64,000 nucleotides of DNA from Diplonema japonicum (Eukaryota; Protista; Euglenozoa: Diplonemea), in NCBI GenBank assembly GCA_964019335.1, contig OZ025717.1, positions 186,001 to 250,000 of the forward strand, in the 5' to 3' direction. Below, one piece after another: positions 32,206-42,700 of this stretch. How positions within the stretch are numbered: the first letter of the stretch is position 1; every line of letters begins with the position of its first letter. Under the pieces are notes generated by a model. It made no database searches. It was not told the origin of the DNA and worked only from the letters and a program-made list of their open reading frames with translations. Both the position numbers and the translations under genes were made by a program.

Positions 32206-35200
32206 CTAGATACTAAAGTACAACTTGCTCTCGCCCTTCTCCTTTCTGCTGCGTCTTGGAGGGCTGTGGCCGGGCCTAGGGGACGGAACGGGGGTAGGGC
32301 TTCCTGTAGAAGACTTCGCACTGAGAGATGGTCTTGGTGAACGCAACATTCTTCTGTTGCTTTTCATATCTTTTAACTTACCCATGTTCAGAGAGTCATT
32401 CATGCACTGCCTGCTTAAAAGCCCCAACAAGGGTTTCATGTCTATCTGAGTGTCCTCACAGCGCACCCTCCTTGTCTCGCCTAGGACATTCACTGCTGTT
32501 CCTACTTGTAGGTCCGAAACAGTTCTGTCGCTCTCAGCCTTGTCACGCAGAGTGTCTTCCATGCTCCATGATGCCTCGCTCACCTCGTACAAGTCTGCTG
32601 CAGATAGCTGCTGTTGTCCCTTCCACTTCTCCATATGCCCCGCCTCAGGTAGCAAAAGGGCCGAACTCTTCTGCACACTGGGGTGCTTCCCTTGCCACTC
32701 ACCCACATTCCCTGCCCTTGCTGCCCGAACAGCATCCCAGCGCCTTCCTATCTTCACGTCAAGGCAGTACAGGATCAGGTCGTACACTCCTTTGAACATC
32801 ATCAACAGTGCCGTGACAAGGAGGAGGTACGCCGCCCACTTCATCATCACCTCACTCCCACCCACCCCGATCGCTATCGCCATCAGCAGGACAGCCACGA
32901 ACATCAGCCCGCTCATAGCAGTCGCCGTCACCATGTCAAGCGGCGAGTTGTAAGGGCGGAGGGTCACAATCGCCAGGAAGAAGAAGAAAAGCAAAACAGT
33001 GATCATAACGTTCCTGAACATGCAGGTGCCGTGGGTGCGGGGCTTCCAAGCAGAGGACAAGGCCAAGACCAGAATCTGGGTCATCTCCACAAGAGAGAAC
33101 CAGTGGAAGCTGTGCCTGTACTGCTCGAAGAAGAGCCCGTACTGCTCCACAAAGTAGTCGGGTGCCCCGTCCTTCCGAACCCATACTTCTGATCCGAAGA
33201 CAAGGATGTAAGCAGTGCGCTTCCACCCAGTGTACACTGTCGCCACTTTTGCCTTCCCTACCTCGCCTTCTTCCTCCTTTCCGAACCCATTCACGATCTC
33301 TGCTGCATCCTCATTGATCTTCGGGTCGGGAACAGTTGTTGCTTTGAACTTGCCCCTCCGCAAAAGGGTAAACCACATCACACAAGGAAAGGACGCGCAT
33401 AGGGTGAGTACAAGAGCACCAACAACAGCAACCCAGGCGGGTGCCCGAGAGGGGAAGAAGGTGAGGTTCGAGGCCGCAATACTGGTCCCCATCAGCAGCC
33501 AAATCATTGGGATGTAGACCAGACCAGGTGCCCTGACGTAGAAGATTGCCGTTTCCCAAGGTACGTTCAGCCATGCCTGCTGAACCCATGCTATCGCATA
33601 GTTCACTGCAAAGAAGACCACCACAATCCCAAGGTTGGAGACAACAGCCCCCAAGAAGTACTTTTGTTTGTGGTCCCCGATCCCGAAGCCAAGGGGGTGG
33701 AACTCCCAATCCAGAGGCTCCCCACCCCCAAGGTCGATGTCCTCAACCTCGCAGTCCATCCCAATCACAGCAGCAAGCTTCGCACCACCAGGGTTCACTG
33801 CCGTGGCTGCTGAAGTTGCATCTTTGGTTGTTTTCTTCTCAGATGCAGGTATCACCTGCCCAGGAGAAGGTGTTGGAGGGGTGAGAACAGCTTCCTCCTT
33901 CGGTGCCTGTGTCGGAGGAGGAAGAGGAGTGGCCGGTGTTGTTGTGGGGACAGCCGTCACAGGCTGCTGTGTCAGTGGTGAGAAGGTCCCTGGTACTGCT
34001 GTCGAAGGGGCCAGTGTTGATGGCGCTGACGTTGTTGGGGCAGAGGTGGGAACTGCCGTCGGTGTGAAGGTGTCAGGGGCCGCTGTTGGGTGGGAGGTGG
34101 GTGTCGTTGTGGGAACTGTCGTTCTCGGAGCGAACGTCGGTGGGGCAGCTGTGGGGGGAGACAAGGTAGGGGGCTGGGTGGGAACTACTGTTTCAGGTGC
34201 TGTTGTGCCAGGGAAGGGCGTCACGGGTGAATCGGTGTTCGGAAAAGAAGTTGGCGCAGTGGTATCAGGTGCGCTTGTGTCAGGGAAGGGTGTTGCAGGG
34301 GCTGTGGTTGTCAGTGGTGCTGCTGTGTTGGGAAACGGGGTCAAAGGACTACCAGTGTTTGGGAATGGTGTTGCAGGAAAAGGAGTGGAAGGAATTGCTG
34401 TATCGGGGGTAAGAGTAGCAGGCGGGTTTGTCACTGGTGCAGTCGTACTAGGGAACGGGGTCGCGGGGGCACTCGTATCAGGAGCACTGGTGTCTGGTGC
34501 TATTGTTGGTGGTGCGACAGTGTCAGGGAACGGGGTCGCAGGGGCACTCGTATCAGGAGCAATCGTGTCAGGAACAAGTGTTGGCGGTACAGCGGTGTCA
34601 GGAAAGGGTGTTACTGGAGCAGCTGTGTTCGGGAACGGAGTGGCCGGAGCACTGGTGGCTGGTGCATTAGTGTCCGGAAAGGGTGTTGCAGGAGCAGTGG
34701 TAGCTGGTGCATTGGTGTCCGGAAAGGGTGTTGCAGGAGCGGTGGTAGCTGGTGCATTGGTGTCTGGAAAGGGTGTTGCAGGAACACTGGTGGCTGGTGC
34801 GTCAGTGTCAGGAAACGGCGTAAGGGGCGCATTGGTGTCAGGGAAAGGAGTAGGTGGAACAGCAGTGTTAGGGAAAGGCGTGGGGGGTGCATCGGTGTCG
34901 GGGACAGGTGTCTGAGGAGGGTTCGTGTCCGGAAAAGGTGTAGAAGGAGCAAGTGTGGCAGGTACGGGGGTGTAAGAACACAGATGGTTATGGGTCTCTA
35001 AACAGTTGATGTTAAAGAGACCAGGCCCGTTGCCGAAGTTGTAAAGGGTGCACGAGGACGTAGCTACGGCATCAGGTCTGGGAGCCAGCTGACAAGCGCT
35101 CCCCGCCCCCTGCCAGTCTACGACAAGATGCTTGCTGTCACCACACCACACTGTCGCATAATCGAACACCGACCCGTCCTCCCATCCAAAGGTTTGCGAA

Positions 35201-36051
35201 GCGACGGTAGCTCTCAGTCCCGCCCATGCAGTGGTGCCAGATGTCCTGCGGACAAAAAACAAATCATCGAACGGGGAATGGACAGAGGAGGGGTACGCAA
35301 GGGGGCGCACATCAGAGCACTCCGAAGCGTTGAACTCAGCAGGCGCCGCAGTCACAAAATGACAGTTCCCATCATACAGCGCACCCACGGAGCAAGGGTA
35401 GGGCCCTGTCTGCATGGTGACCCTGTAGAGGGCCGTCCCTGCTTGAATCGAATCTTTTGTAACATAGGAACCCATCTGGTTTGCCTCCCGCCTGCAGCCT
35501 AACGCAAAGCCTGTGGGAGAGATAGACGACACCCCGTAGCTGTAGCTGCCCTTCAGGACACCGTTGACCTCGAGGATGAGGGTGCTTGCAATGGGGTTGA
35601 TGATAAATACCAAGTATGTCCAGTCTGCACTGCTCGTGACACTGACAACTTTGGCATTGCTGTCGGACCTTACGAAAACATCAGTGTTTTCTATTATGAG
35701 TTCTAGGTAGTTGGGGCTTCCGGAGTTGTCCTGCAGCCAAGACATGATGGTCTGTGTTGCAGGCAAATACGTGGGTTTCACCCACAAGGACATAATGGTT
35801 TCGCTACGGAGGAGTAGCTCTCCCCTTGCGGTCATGGGGTGCAAGCATGCAGTCCCCCCACCTGAGCTCTGTGCGACTTTCTTCCCGCTCCATAGGTCTG
35901 TGGTGAAGGTCATGCTGCTCTGTGTGAAGCCATGACCGTTCCCCGTTGCATCGTTCCAAGTCCCGTCGGAAAGCCATTCTGCCACCACACTGCCTTCCGC
36001 TTGTGTTATCAAGAGGCACAACACGACAGTTAATATGTTGTGGGCCGACAT
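32206..36051 (-). CDS. R6: lectin-mucin-7TM receptor-like paralog with chimeric tail
   Basis: 1281-aa ORF with signal peptide MSAHNILTVVLCLLITQAEG. Same architecture as R1. Confidence 0.92.
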   Translation of the reverse strand: MSAHNILTVVLCLLITQAEGSVVAEWLSDGTWNDATGNGHGFTQSSMTFTTDLWSGKKVAQSSGGGTACLHPMTARGELLLRSETIMSLWVKPTYLPATQTIMSWLQDNSGSPNYLELIIENTDVFVRSDSNAKVVSVTSSADWTYLVFIINPIASTLILEVNGVLKGSYSYGVSSISPTGFALGCRREANQMGSYVTKDSIQAGTALYRVTMQTGPYPCSVGALYDGNCHFVTAAPAEFNASECSDVRPLAYPSSVHSPFDDLFFVRRTSGTTAWAGLRATVASQTFGWEDGSVFDYATVWCGDSKHLVVDWQGAGSACQLAPRPDAVATSSCTLYNFGNGPGLFNINCLETHNHLCSYTPVPATLAPSTPFPDTNPPQTPVPDTDAPPTPFPNTAVPPTPFPDTNAPLTPFPDTDAPATSVPATPFPDTNAPATTAPATPFPDTNAPATTAPATPFPDTNAPATSAPATPFPNTAAPVTPFPDTAVPPTLVPDTIAPDTSAPATPFPDTVAPPTIAPDTSAPDTSAPATPFPSTTAPVTNPPATLTPDTAIPSTPFPATPFPNTGSPLTPFPNTAAPLTTTAPATPFPDTSAPDTTAPTSFPNTDSPVTPFPGTTAPETVVPTQPPTLSPPTAAPPTFAPRTTVPTTTPTSHPTAAPDTFTPTAVPTSAPTTSAPSTLAPSTAVPGTFSPLTQQPVTAVPTTTPATPLPPPTQAPKEEAVLTPPTPSPGQVIPASEKKTTKDATSAATAVNPGGAKLAAVIGMDCEVEDIDLGGGEPLDWEFHPLGFGIGDHKQKYFLGAVVSNLGIVVVFFAVNYAIAWVQQAWLNVPWETAIFYVRAPGLVYIPMIWLLMGTSIAASNLTFFPSRAPAWVAVVGALVLTLCASFPCVMWFTLLRRGKFKATTVPDPKINEDAAEIVNGFGKEEEGEVGKAKVATVYTGWKRTAYILVFGSEVWVRKDGAPDYFVEQYGLFFEQYRHSFHWFSLVEMTQILVLALSSAWKPRTHGTCMFRNVMITVLLFFFFLAIVTLRPYNSPLDMVTATAMSGLMFVAVLLMAIAIGVGGSEVMMKWAAYLLLVTALLMMFKGVYDLILYCLDVKIGRRWDAVRAARAGNVGEWQGKHPSVQKSSALLLPEAGHMEKWKGQQQLSAADLYEVSEASWSMEDTLRDKAESDRTVSDLQVGTAVNVLGETRRVRCEDTQIDMKPLLGLLSRQCMNDSLNMGKLKDMKSNRRMLRSPRPSLSAKSSTGSPTPVPSPRPGHSPPRRSRKEKGESKLYFSI

Positions 36052-36053
36052 TT

Positions 36054-36121
<68 letters not shown>

Positions 36122-36750
36122 GAACCATTACATTAGAAAGTTCTTACAACAAAAACAAAAATAAAAAAAGAACAAAAAGGAAACGACGAACTATGGGTTT
36201 TCCCAATGTTGTGAGCACACAGACGGTAAGACTCTGCACTCTTACGCTTGCCAAACAACTGGGTTACTATTAGTCTCGCCTACAGCCTATAGTATTGCCT
36301 ACATCCCGATAATTGCCGGTGGACCACTCATAAATATAATAATCTTCAGCAAGTGGGAGAGAGATAGCATGGGAGGAGAAAACAAAAGAGGGGGGCATTG
36401 TAAATGCCGAAAGTTATATGCTTGAAACAAATTGACGGCCATAGTTCAATTTAGAGAATAGATGGTTTTTTTTCTTTTTTTTCTTCTTTTTTTTTTTAAA
36501 CCGAGGGCTCGTAGGCCTTCAACCTCTGGAAAAAAAAAAGGAAAAGAAAATCGGTTCCAATGAGAGCGGCCAAGTACAAATATGTTCGTGATTTTTTTAT
36601 CTGAATTTTTTTTCTTTTTTCTTTCTTTTTTTTTCCAGAGTCGGGGCAGCGGGGGGGAGGGAGGAGATTGGAAAAAAAAAAAAATCTTTTGACTTCATGT
36701 TCTTTGTTAAATAGCACGGTTCAAGAAACGCAGGTTTTTTTTTTCCTTCT

Positions 36751-36784
<34 letters not shown>

Positions 36785-37101
36785 CAAACGTTTTCTTGCT
36801 CCGGCAAAAAAAGTGCGGTCAAAAGGTTTTCAATTTCTGTTAAAGAGAAACATAAAATTGTGAACTAGTAAAAAAGAAAAAAAGAACCGCTCTTAAATAT
36901 ATAATATATTTAAAAAAGTCTTTCTCAGGTTGGTTGGGGCCCCCTACATTTGCCCGGGGGGAAAAAACCAGTTCGCTGCTACAACTTATTTTTCGCCCGA
37001 GCGTTACCGTTTTTTACCTTTATATTACTCATTGCGCTGCCATCAACTAGTTTTTGGTCCCGACAATAATAAAATGATAAAAAGTTTTTCGTGGGGGAAG
37101 G

Positions 37102-37142
<41 letters not shown>

Positions 37143-37753
37143 AGACGAGCAATAAAAATACAAGAAGAAGGACTTATGTATATATTGCATACACTCAGTC
37201 TCAACTCCTCTTCTTTTATTTGTTTTGTTTTGTTTTTCTCGTTGCCTGATATGATTTGGAGTTTAAAAAAAAAGGGGGGGGGGACTTTGCTTGCAACACT
37301 ATTTGGCGTTAAGTGTGCAACGTAAAAAAGGAGGGAAAACAAAAAAGAAAACTGTATAAAATCAACTGTTTCAACAGATAGAGGAATAGTTTTTTTTTTT
37401 CTTCTTTTCTTTTTCTTTTTTTTCACTGATAACGTTAATACAGAAGAAAGAAGGGGGGGAGGGGGGGAAATGGAGAGGATTTGGTATCGCAAGCAGGGGC
37501 AAGAACAACAACAAATAAAAGAAAAAATTATTTTTGCCCCTCAGCGTTTAACAATTGACGAATAACACATTTGCACACTTTTAAACAAAAAAAAAAAGTC
37601 AGCTTCTTAGCCTCTGGGATTGGGTCTAAGGTGATGCCGCAGAAGGCGTACGGCAGGCTGTGCCTCGTGATCGTAATCCTGTCTAGCTGCCACGATTGAT
37701 CACAGCAGGGCCTAACGCCCCTTGAGTTTTCTCTTCTACTTCTGCCAGGAAAA

Positions 37754-37784
<31 letters not shown>

Positions 37785-38454
37785 GAAAAAAAAAAAATCC
37801 AGTATTTCTTTTTGCTCACAGAACATACGTGAAGAGAGGGAGATAGGTCTCCGTATCGTGTCCTGACATGTTAAGTTAAAATACCAGTTCTTTTCTGCCA
37901 GAAAGATTTGACCCTGCTTAAAGGGCCAAAAGTCTCAATTCCTGGTAAAGCTTACATTTAAAAACTTGCACAGCCCCTGCACTCATTCTTCTTTCCTTCG
38001 CTTAATTATTGCATTATGGGCTGTGCATAGACAGTAGTTACACGCTTTTAACGGGAAAAAATAAATTTTAAAAAAAAAAAAGTGAGGAGGAGTTTTAACT
38101 TTTTTTTTTTTGCACATTTGGCGGAAGTTCCTTTCTTAGAAGGATATTTTTCCGCTTGGTAAGATTCTTTTCTTCTTTCTTTTTTTTTTTCTCTCCTTGT
38201 TTTTCTTTCGTCCAAAATACATAGCCTGCACCGTAACGTTATCAAATTGATATTTTTAAAATACCCCGGTCAAATCCCATACCCGCAAAAAAAAAAAAGG
38301 GGGCCCATAATCTTGTTACGTACCAGTTATATTAATTCGGGCAAATAAATTATTAAAATTACGTTTGATTTTATTCAGCGAATGGTCGATGGTTCCACTA
38401 TGTTACCAAAGACCATGTTCAAATTTCCTTTTTTCAAAATCCCTATTTAAACTA

Positions 38455-39037
38455 TTTTATTTCACTCTTCAGAAATTACTTCACGCACTGGGGGGCCCAT
38501 TACTTCACGGTGAAATAATGGCCTGTTTTCCGTGAAGTAATAGGGGGTTTCCGTTAAATAATATGCCTCGGTAGGCCAATTTTTGCCTCGGTTCGGTTCC
38601 CAGTGGGGCTACTTTTTCCTCTCAGTTTGCTAATTTCCCCCCAGGTTCAGCTCAATTGGCCAACTTTTGCCTCGGCTCAGTTCCAAGTTGGACTACTTTT
38701 CCCTCCCAATTTGCCCATTTTGGCTAGGCCTTGTTCCCAGTTTCTGTCGGTAACTCTTCTGTGGGTAAGGGTAACTTAGTCAGCTTACCCAAGCACCCCA
38801 AAAGACTTCAAAATACCGAAGCAGCAGAAAAAAAGGAGCCAGCGGCCGCGCTAGGTATGGGAAGGCCTGATTAGAGATGGTGACAGTGGCAATGCCAGCG
38901 ACAGCGGCAGCTCTAAGTCAACAAAAGGAGGAAAAACAACTTGTATTGTAACCTTTGTAACCCCTCTCTTGTTGTACCCCTTGTCACCCTGTTGTGCCCC
39001 TCGTGGTGAAGTAATTTCAGAGTGTCGTGAAATAAAA
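38455..39037. mobile_element. MITE-like element with imperfect ~30-bp terminal inverted repeats
   Basis: GAAATTACTTCAC (38472-38484) and GTGAAGTAATTTC (39006-39018), with outer TTTTATTTCAC/GTGAAATAAAA. Also an internal 12-bp IR and a ~63-bp direct repeat. Confidence 0.5.
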
Positions 39038-39041
39038 CCAC

Positions 39042-39170
39042 TTACCTACCGCCAAGTAATGCTTTACCGACCTCTCGGTTCCGCATTTTACCATCTCGGG
39101 CCCTGCGGGCCCTCGACGGTAAAATGCGGAACCTCGAGGTAACGGTAAAGTCATTACTTGTTGGCAGTAA
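39042..39170. repeat. Long imperfect palindrome / hairpin element
   Basis: Symmetry centre 39105. Perfect 16-bp arms 39077-39092/39118-39133, core GGGCCC-TGC-GGGCCC, outer CAAGTAATG/CATTACTTG. Confidence 0.85.
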
Positions 39171-39625
39171 ATAGCTATAAATTCCCGAACTGATTGAAAT
39201 ACCCTATTAGTATAACGTATATGCTATGTAAACAAAAAAAAAAAAAAGAAGAAAATGTATCACCTTCCTGACGAAGGAAGTTGGAGCTGAGGACTGATAC
39301 ACCTGCCACAGATGCCTCATGGCAAGGAGGCCTTTCACCCAAAAAAAAAAAAGAAAAAGAAAAAAAGAAAAAAGAAAGTCGATAAATTGGCGCAAGGGTA
39401 TTTCACCGTTCATCAACTTTCTAATAGGAAAAAAAAAAAAGAAAAAAAAGAGGGAATATATGGAATCAATTTCCTGCATTCCTTTTTTTGTCTCCCTTTT
39501 TTTTTTCTCTTACATTCCGCAAGATCTGAGAGAGGGAGAAGATAAACAAAAAAAAAAGTATAGTAAAAACAAAAAAAAAAGTTTAAGTAGCTCAATAAAA
39601 GCTTTGGCAAAACTTTTTTTTTTTC

Positions 39626-39658
<33 letters not shown>

Positions 39659-39724
39659 AAGGAACACTTGTACGGCCCCACAAGGTAGTATTGGGGAAGG
39701 GAGGGATTCTTAGTAAAATTCAAT

Positions 39725-42700
39725 TCATAATTTTAAGACATTTGTGACTCTTCTTCTATTCGCTGGCGAGCACGTTCGGCTTCGCCTAGTTCTTCTGAAT
39801 TTATTTGTGCCCAGGAGAGGCTGTGCGCCTGATTTCACAGGGTCCTCGTTATAAGGCCTGTCTAGTAGGCTCAGCAAAGGTTGCATGTCAATCTCAGAAC
39901 TACGTGACTTCATACCGGAGTGCACTCTCAGCCCGTATGACAGCACTACTGTTCCTGCGCGTTCGCTGGGATCTGAGGAAGCCTCCGTCTCTGCCTTTTC
40001 CGTCTCATGCAGCACACCCACAGCACTCCAAGAGGTCTCGCTCATCTCATGATGTTCAGGTAAAGCCAGCTGTTGACCTTTCCACACATCAACATTCCCT
40101 GCCCTCGCTGCCCGAACAGCATCCCAGCGCCTTCCTATCTTCACGTCAAGGCAGTACAGGATCAGGTCGTATACTCCTTTGAACATCATGATCAGTGCTG
40201 TGGCAAGGAGGAGGTACGCCGCCCACTTCATCATCACTGCACTCCCACCCACCCCGATCGCTATCGCCATCAGCAGGACAGCCACGAACATCAGCCCGCT
40301 CAGTATCGTCCCCGTCACCATGTCAAGTGTCGAGTTGTAAGGGCGGAGGGTCACAATCGCCAGGAAGAAGAAGAACAGAACAAGGGTGATCAAGACGTTC
40401 CTGAACATGCACATCCCATGGTTGTGAGGCTTCCAAGCAGAGGACAGGGACAGGGCGAGGATCTGGGTCATCTCCACAAGGGAGAACCAGTGGTAGTTGT
40501 ATCTGTACTGCTCGAAGAAGAGCCCGTACTGCTCCACAAAGTAGTCGGGTGCCCCGTCCTTCCGAACCCACACCTCTGATCCGAAGACAAGGATGTAAAC
40601 TCTTCGCTTCCACCCAGTGTACACTGTCCCTACTTCTTCTTTCCCCATCTCAATATCGCCCCCCTTTGTTCCGAACCCATTCACAACCTCTGCTGCATCC
40701 TCATTGATCTTCGGGTCGGGAGCAGTTGTTGCCTTGAACTTGTCCATCCGCAGGAGCAGGAACCACATGAGAAAAGGAAGGGAGATACATAGTGCGAGCA
40801 CGACAATCCCAACAACAGCAACCCAGGCGGGTGCCCGAGAGGGGAAGAAGGCAAGGTTCGAGGCCGCAATTGAAGTCCCTGTGAGAAGCCACACCATCGG
40901 GATGTAGACCAGACCAGGTGCCCTGACGTAGAAGATTGCCGTTTCCCAAGGTACACTCAGCCATGCCACCTGTGCCCATGCTATCACGTAGTTCAGTGCA
41001 AAGAAGACCACCACAATCCCAAGGTTGGAGACAACAGCCCCCAAGAAGTACTTTTGTTTGTGGTCCCCGATCCCGAAGCCAAGGGGGTGGAACTCCCAAT
41101 CCAGAGGCTCCCCACCCCCAAGGTCGATGTCCTCAACCTCGCAGTCCATCCCAATCACAGCAGCAAGTTTCGCACCACCAGGGTTCACTGCCGTGGCTGC
41201 TGAAGTTGCATCTTTGGTTGTTTTTTTCGCAGATGCAGGGATCACCTTCCCAGGGGTAGGTGTCGGAGGGGTGAGAACAGCTTCCTCCTTCGGTGCCTGT
41301 GTCGGAGGAGAGGCGGCCGGTACCGTTGTGGGGACTGCCGTCACTGGCTGCTGTGTCAGTGGTGAGAAGGTCCCTGGTACTGCTGTCGAAGGGGCCTGGG
41401 TGTCAGGAAAGGGTGTTGCAGGGGCAGAGGTGACAGGTGGGAAGGTGGCTGGCACTGCCGTCTTCGGAAAGGGAGTCGCAGGAGCCGAGGTGTAGGGTGC
41501 CTTCGTATCGGGTGCCACAGTAAGAGGTACCACTGTGTAGGGAAAAGGTGTTGTTGGTGCTGTTGTTGCAGGAGAACTCGTATCAGGGAAGGGGGTGAGA
41601 GGTGCCGTGGTCGGAGGTGCATTGGTGTCGGGGAAGGGTGTTGCGGGGGCTGCCGTTACTGGTGCCGCAGTAAGAGGTGCATTGGTGTCTGGAAAGGGAG
41701 TTGCGGGGGCCGCTGTGTCAGGGAAGGGAGTCGGTGGTGCTGAAGTAAGAGGTGCATTGGTGTCAGGGAAGGGTGTTGCAGGGGCTACTGTTGCTGGGAA
41801 GGGAGTCTGTGGTGCTGCCGTAAGAGGCGCATTGGTGTCCGGGAAGGGTGTTGCAGGGGCTGTGGTTGCCGGGAAGGGAGTCTGTGGTGCTGCTGTGTCA
41901 GGGAAAGGAGTTGTTGGAGCATCTGTTGGGATGGCGGTGTCAGGGAAGGGTGTTGGGGGTGCAGCAGTGGTCCCAGGTACAAGTGTTGCAGGTGGCAATG
42001 TGTCGGGAGCTGGTGTGGGAGGTGATACTGTTCCAGGAAATGGGGTTGCTGGAGCACTAGTATCAGGGATGGGTGTCTGTGGTGCTGTTGTATCAGGGAA
42101 AGGTGTTGCGGGAGCCGCTGTGTCAGGGAAGGGCGTCGGTGGTGCTGCAGTAAGAGGTGCATTAGTATCAGGGAAAGGTGTTACAGGGGCTGTGGTTACT
42201 GGGAAGGGAGTCTGTGGTGCTGCTGTATCAGGGAAGGGTGTTGCAGGGGCACTCGTATTGGGAGCATTCGTATCAGGTGCAGTGGTATCAGGTGCAGTGG
42301 TGTCAGGTGCAGTGGTATCAGGTGCAGTGGTATCAGGTGCCTTGGTCGGTGGTGCGACAGTGTCTGGAAACGGAGTCACAGGAGCGCTGGTGTCAGGAGC
42401 ATTCGTTGGTGGTGCGGCAGTGTCAGGGAACGGGGTCGCAGGGACACTCGTATCAGGAACAGGAGTTGTGGGCACAACAGTATCGGGAAAGGGTGTTGCA
42501 GGAGCGGCAGTGTTCGGGAATGGAGTGGCCGGAGCACCGGTGGCTGGCGCATTAGTGTCAGGGAATGGAGTGGGTGGTACTGGGGTCGGGGGTGCAAGTT
42601 TAGCTGAAGGATCGAAAGAGCACATGTGGACGTGGGCCTCGGAACAATCCGCATCAATGAGGCCGGGCCCTCTAGCGTAGTGGTAAAGGGCGCACATGAA

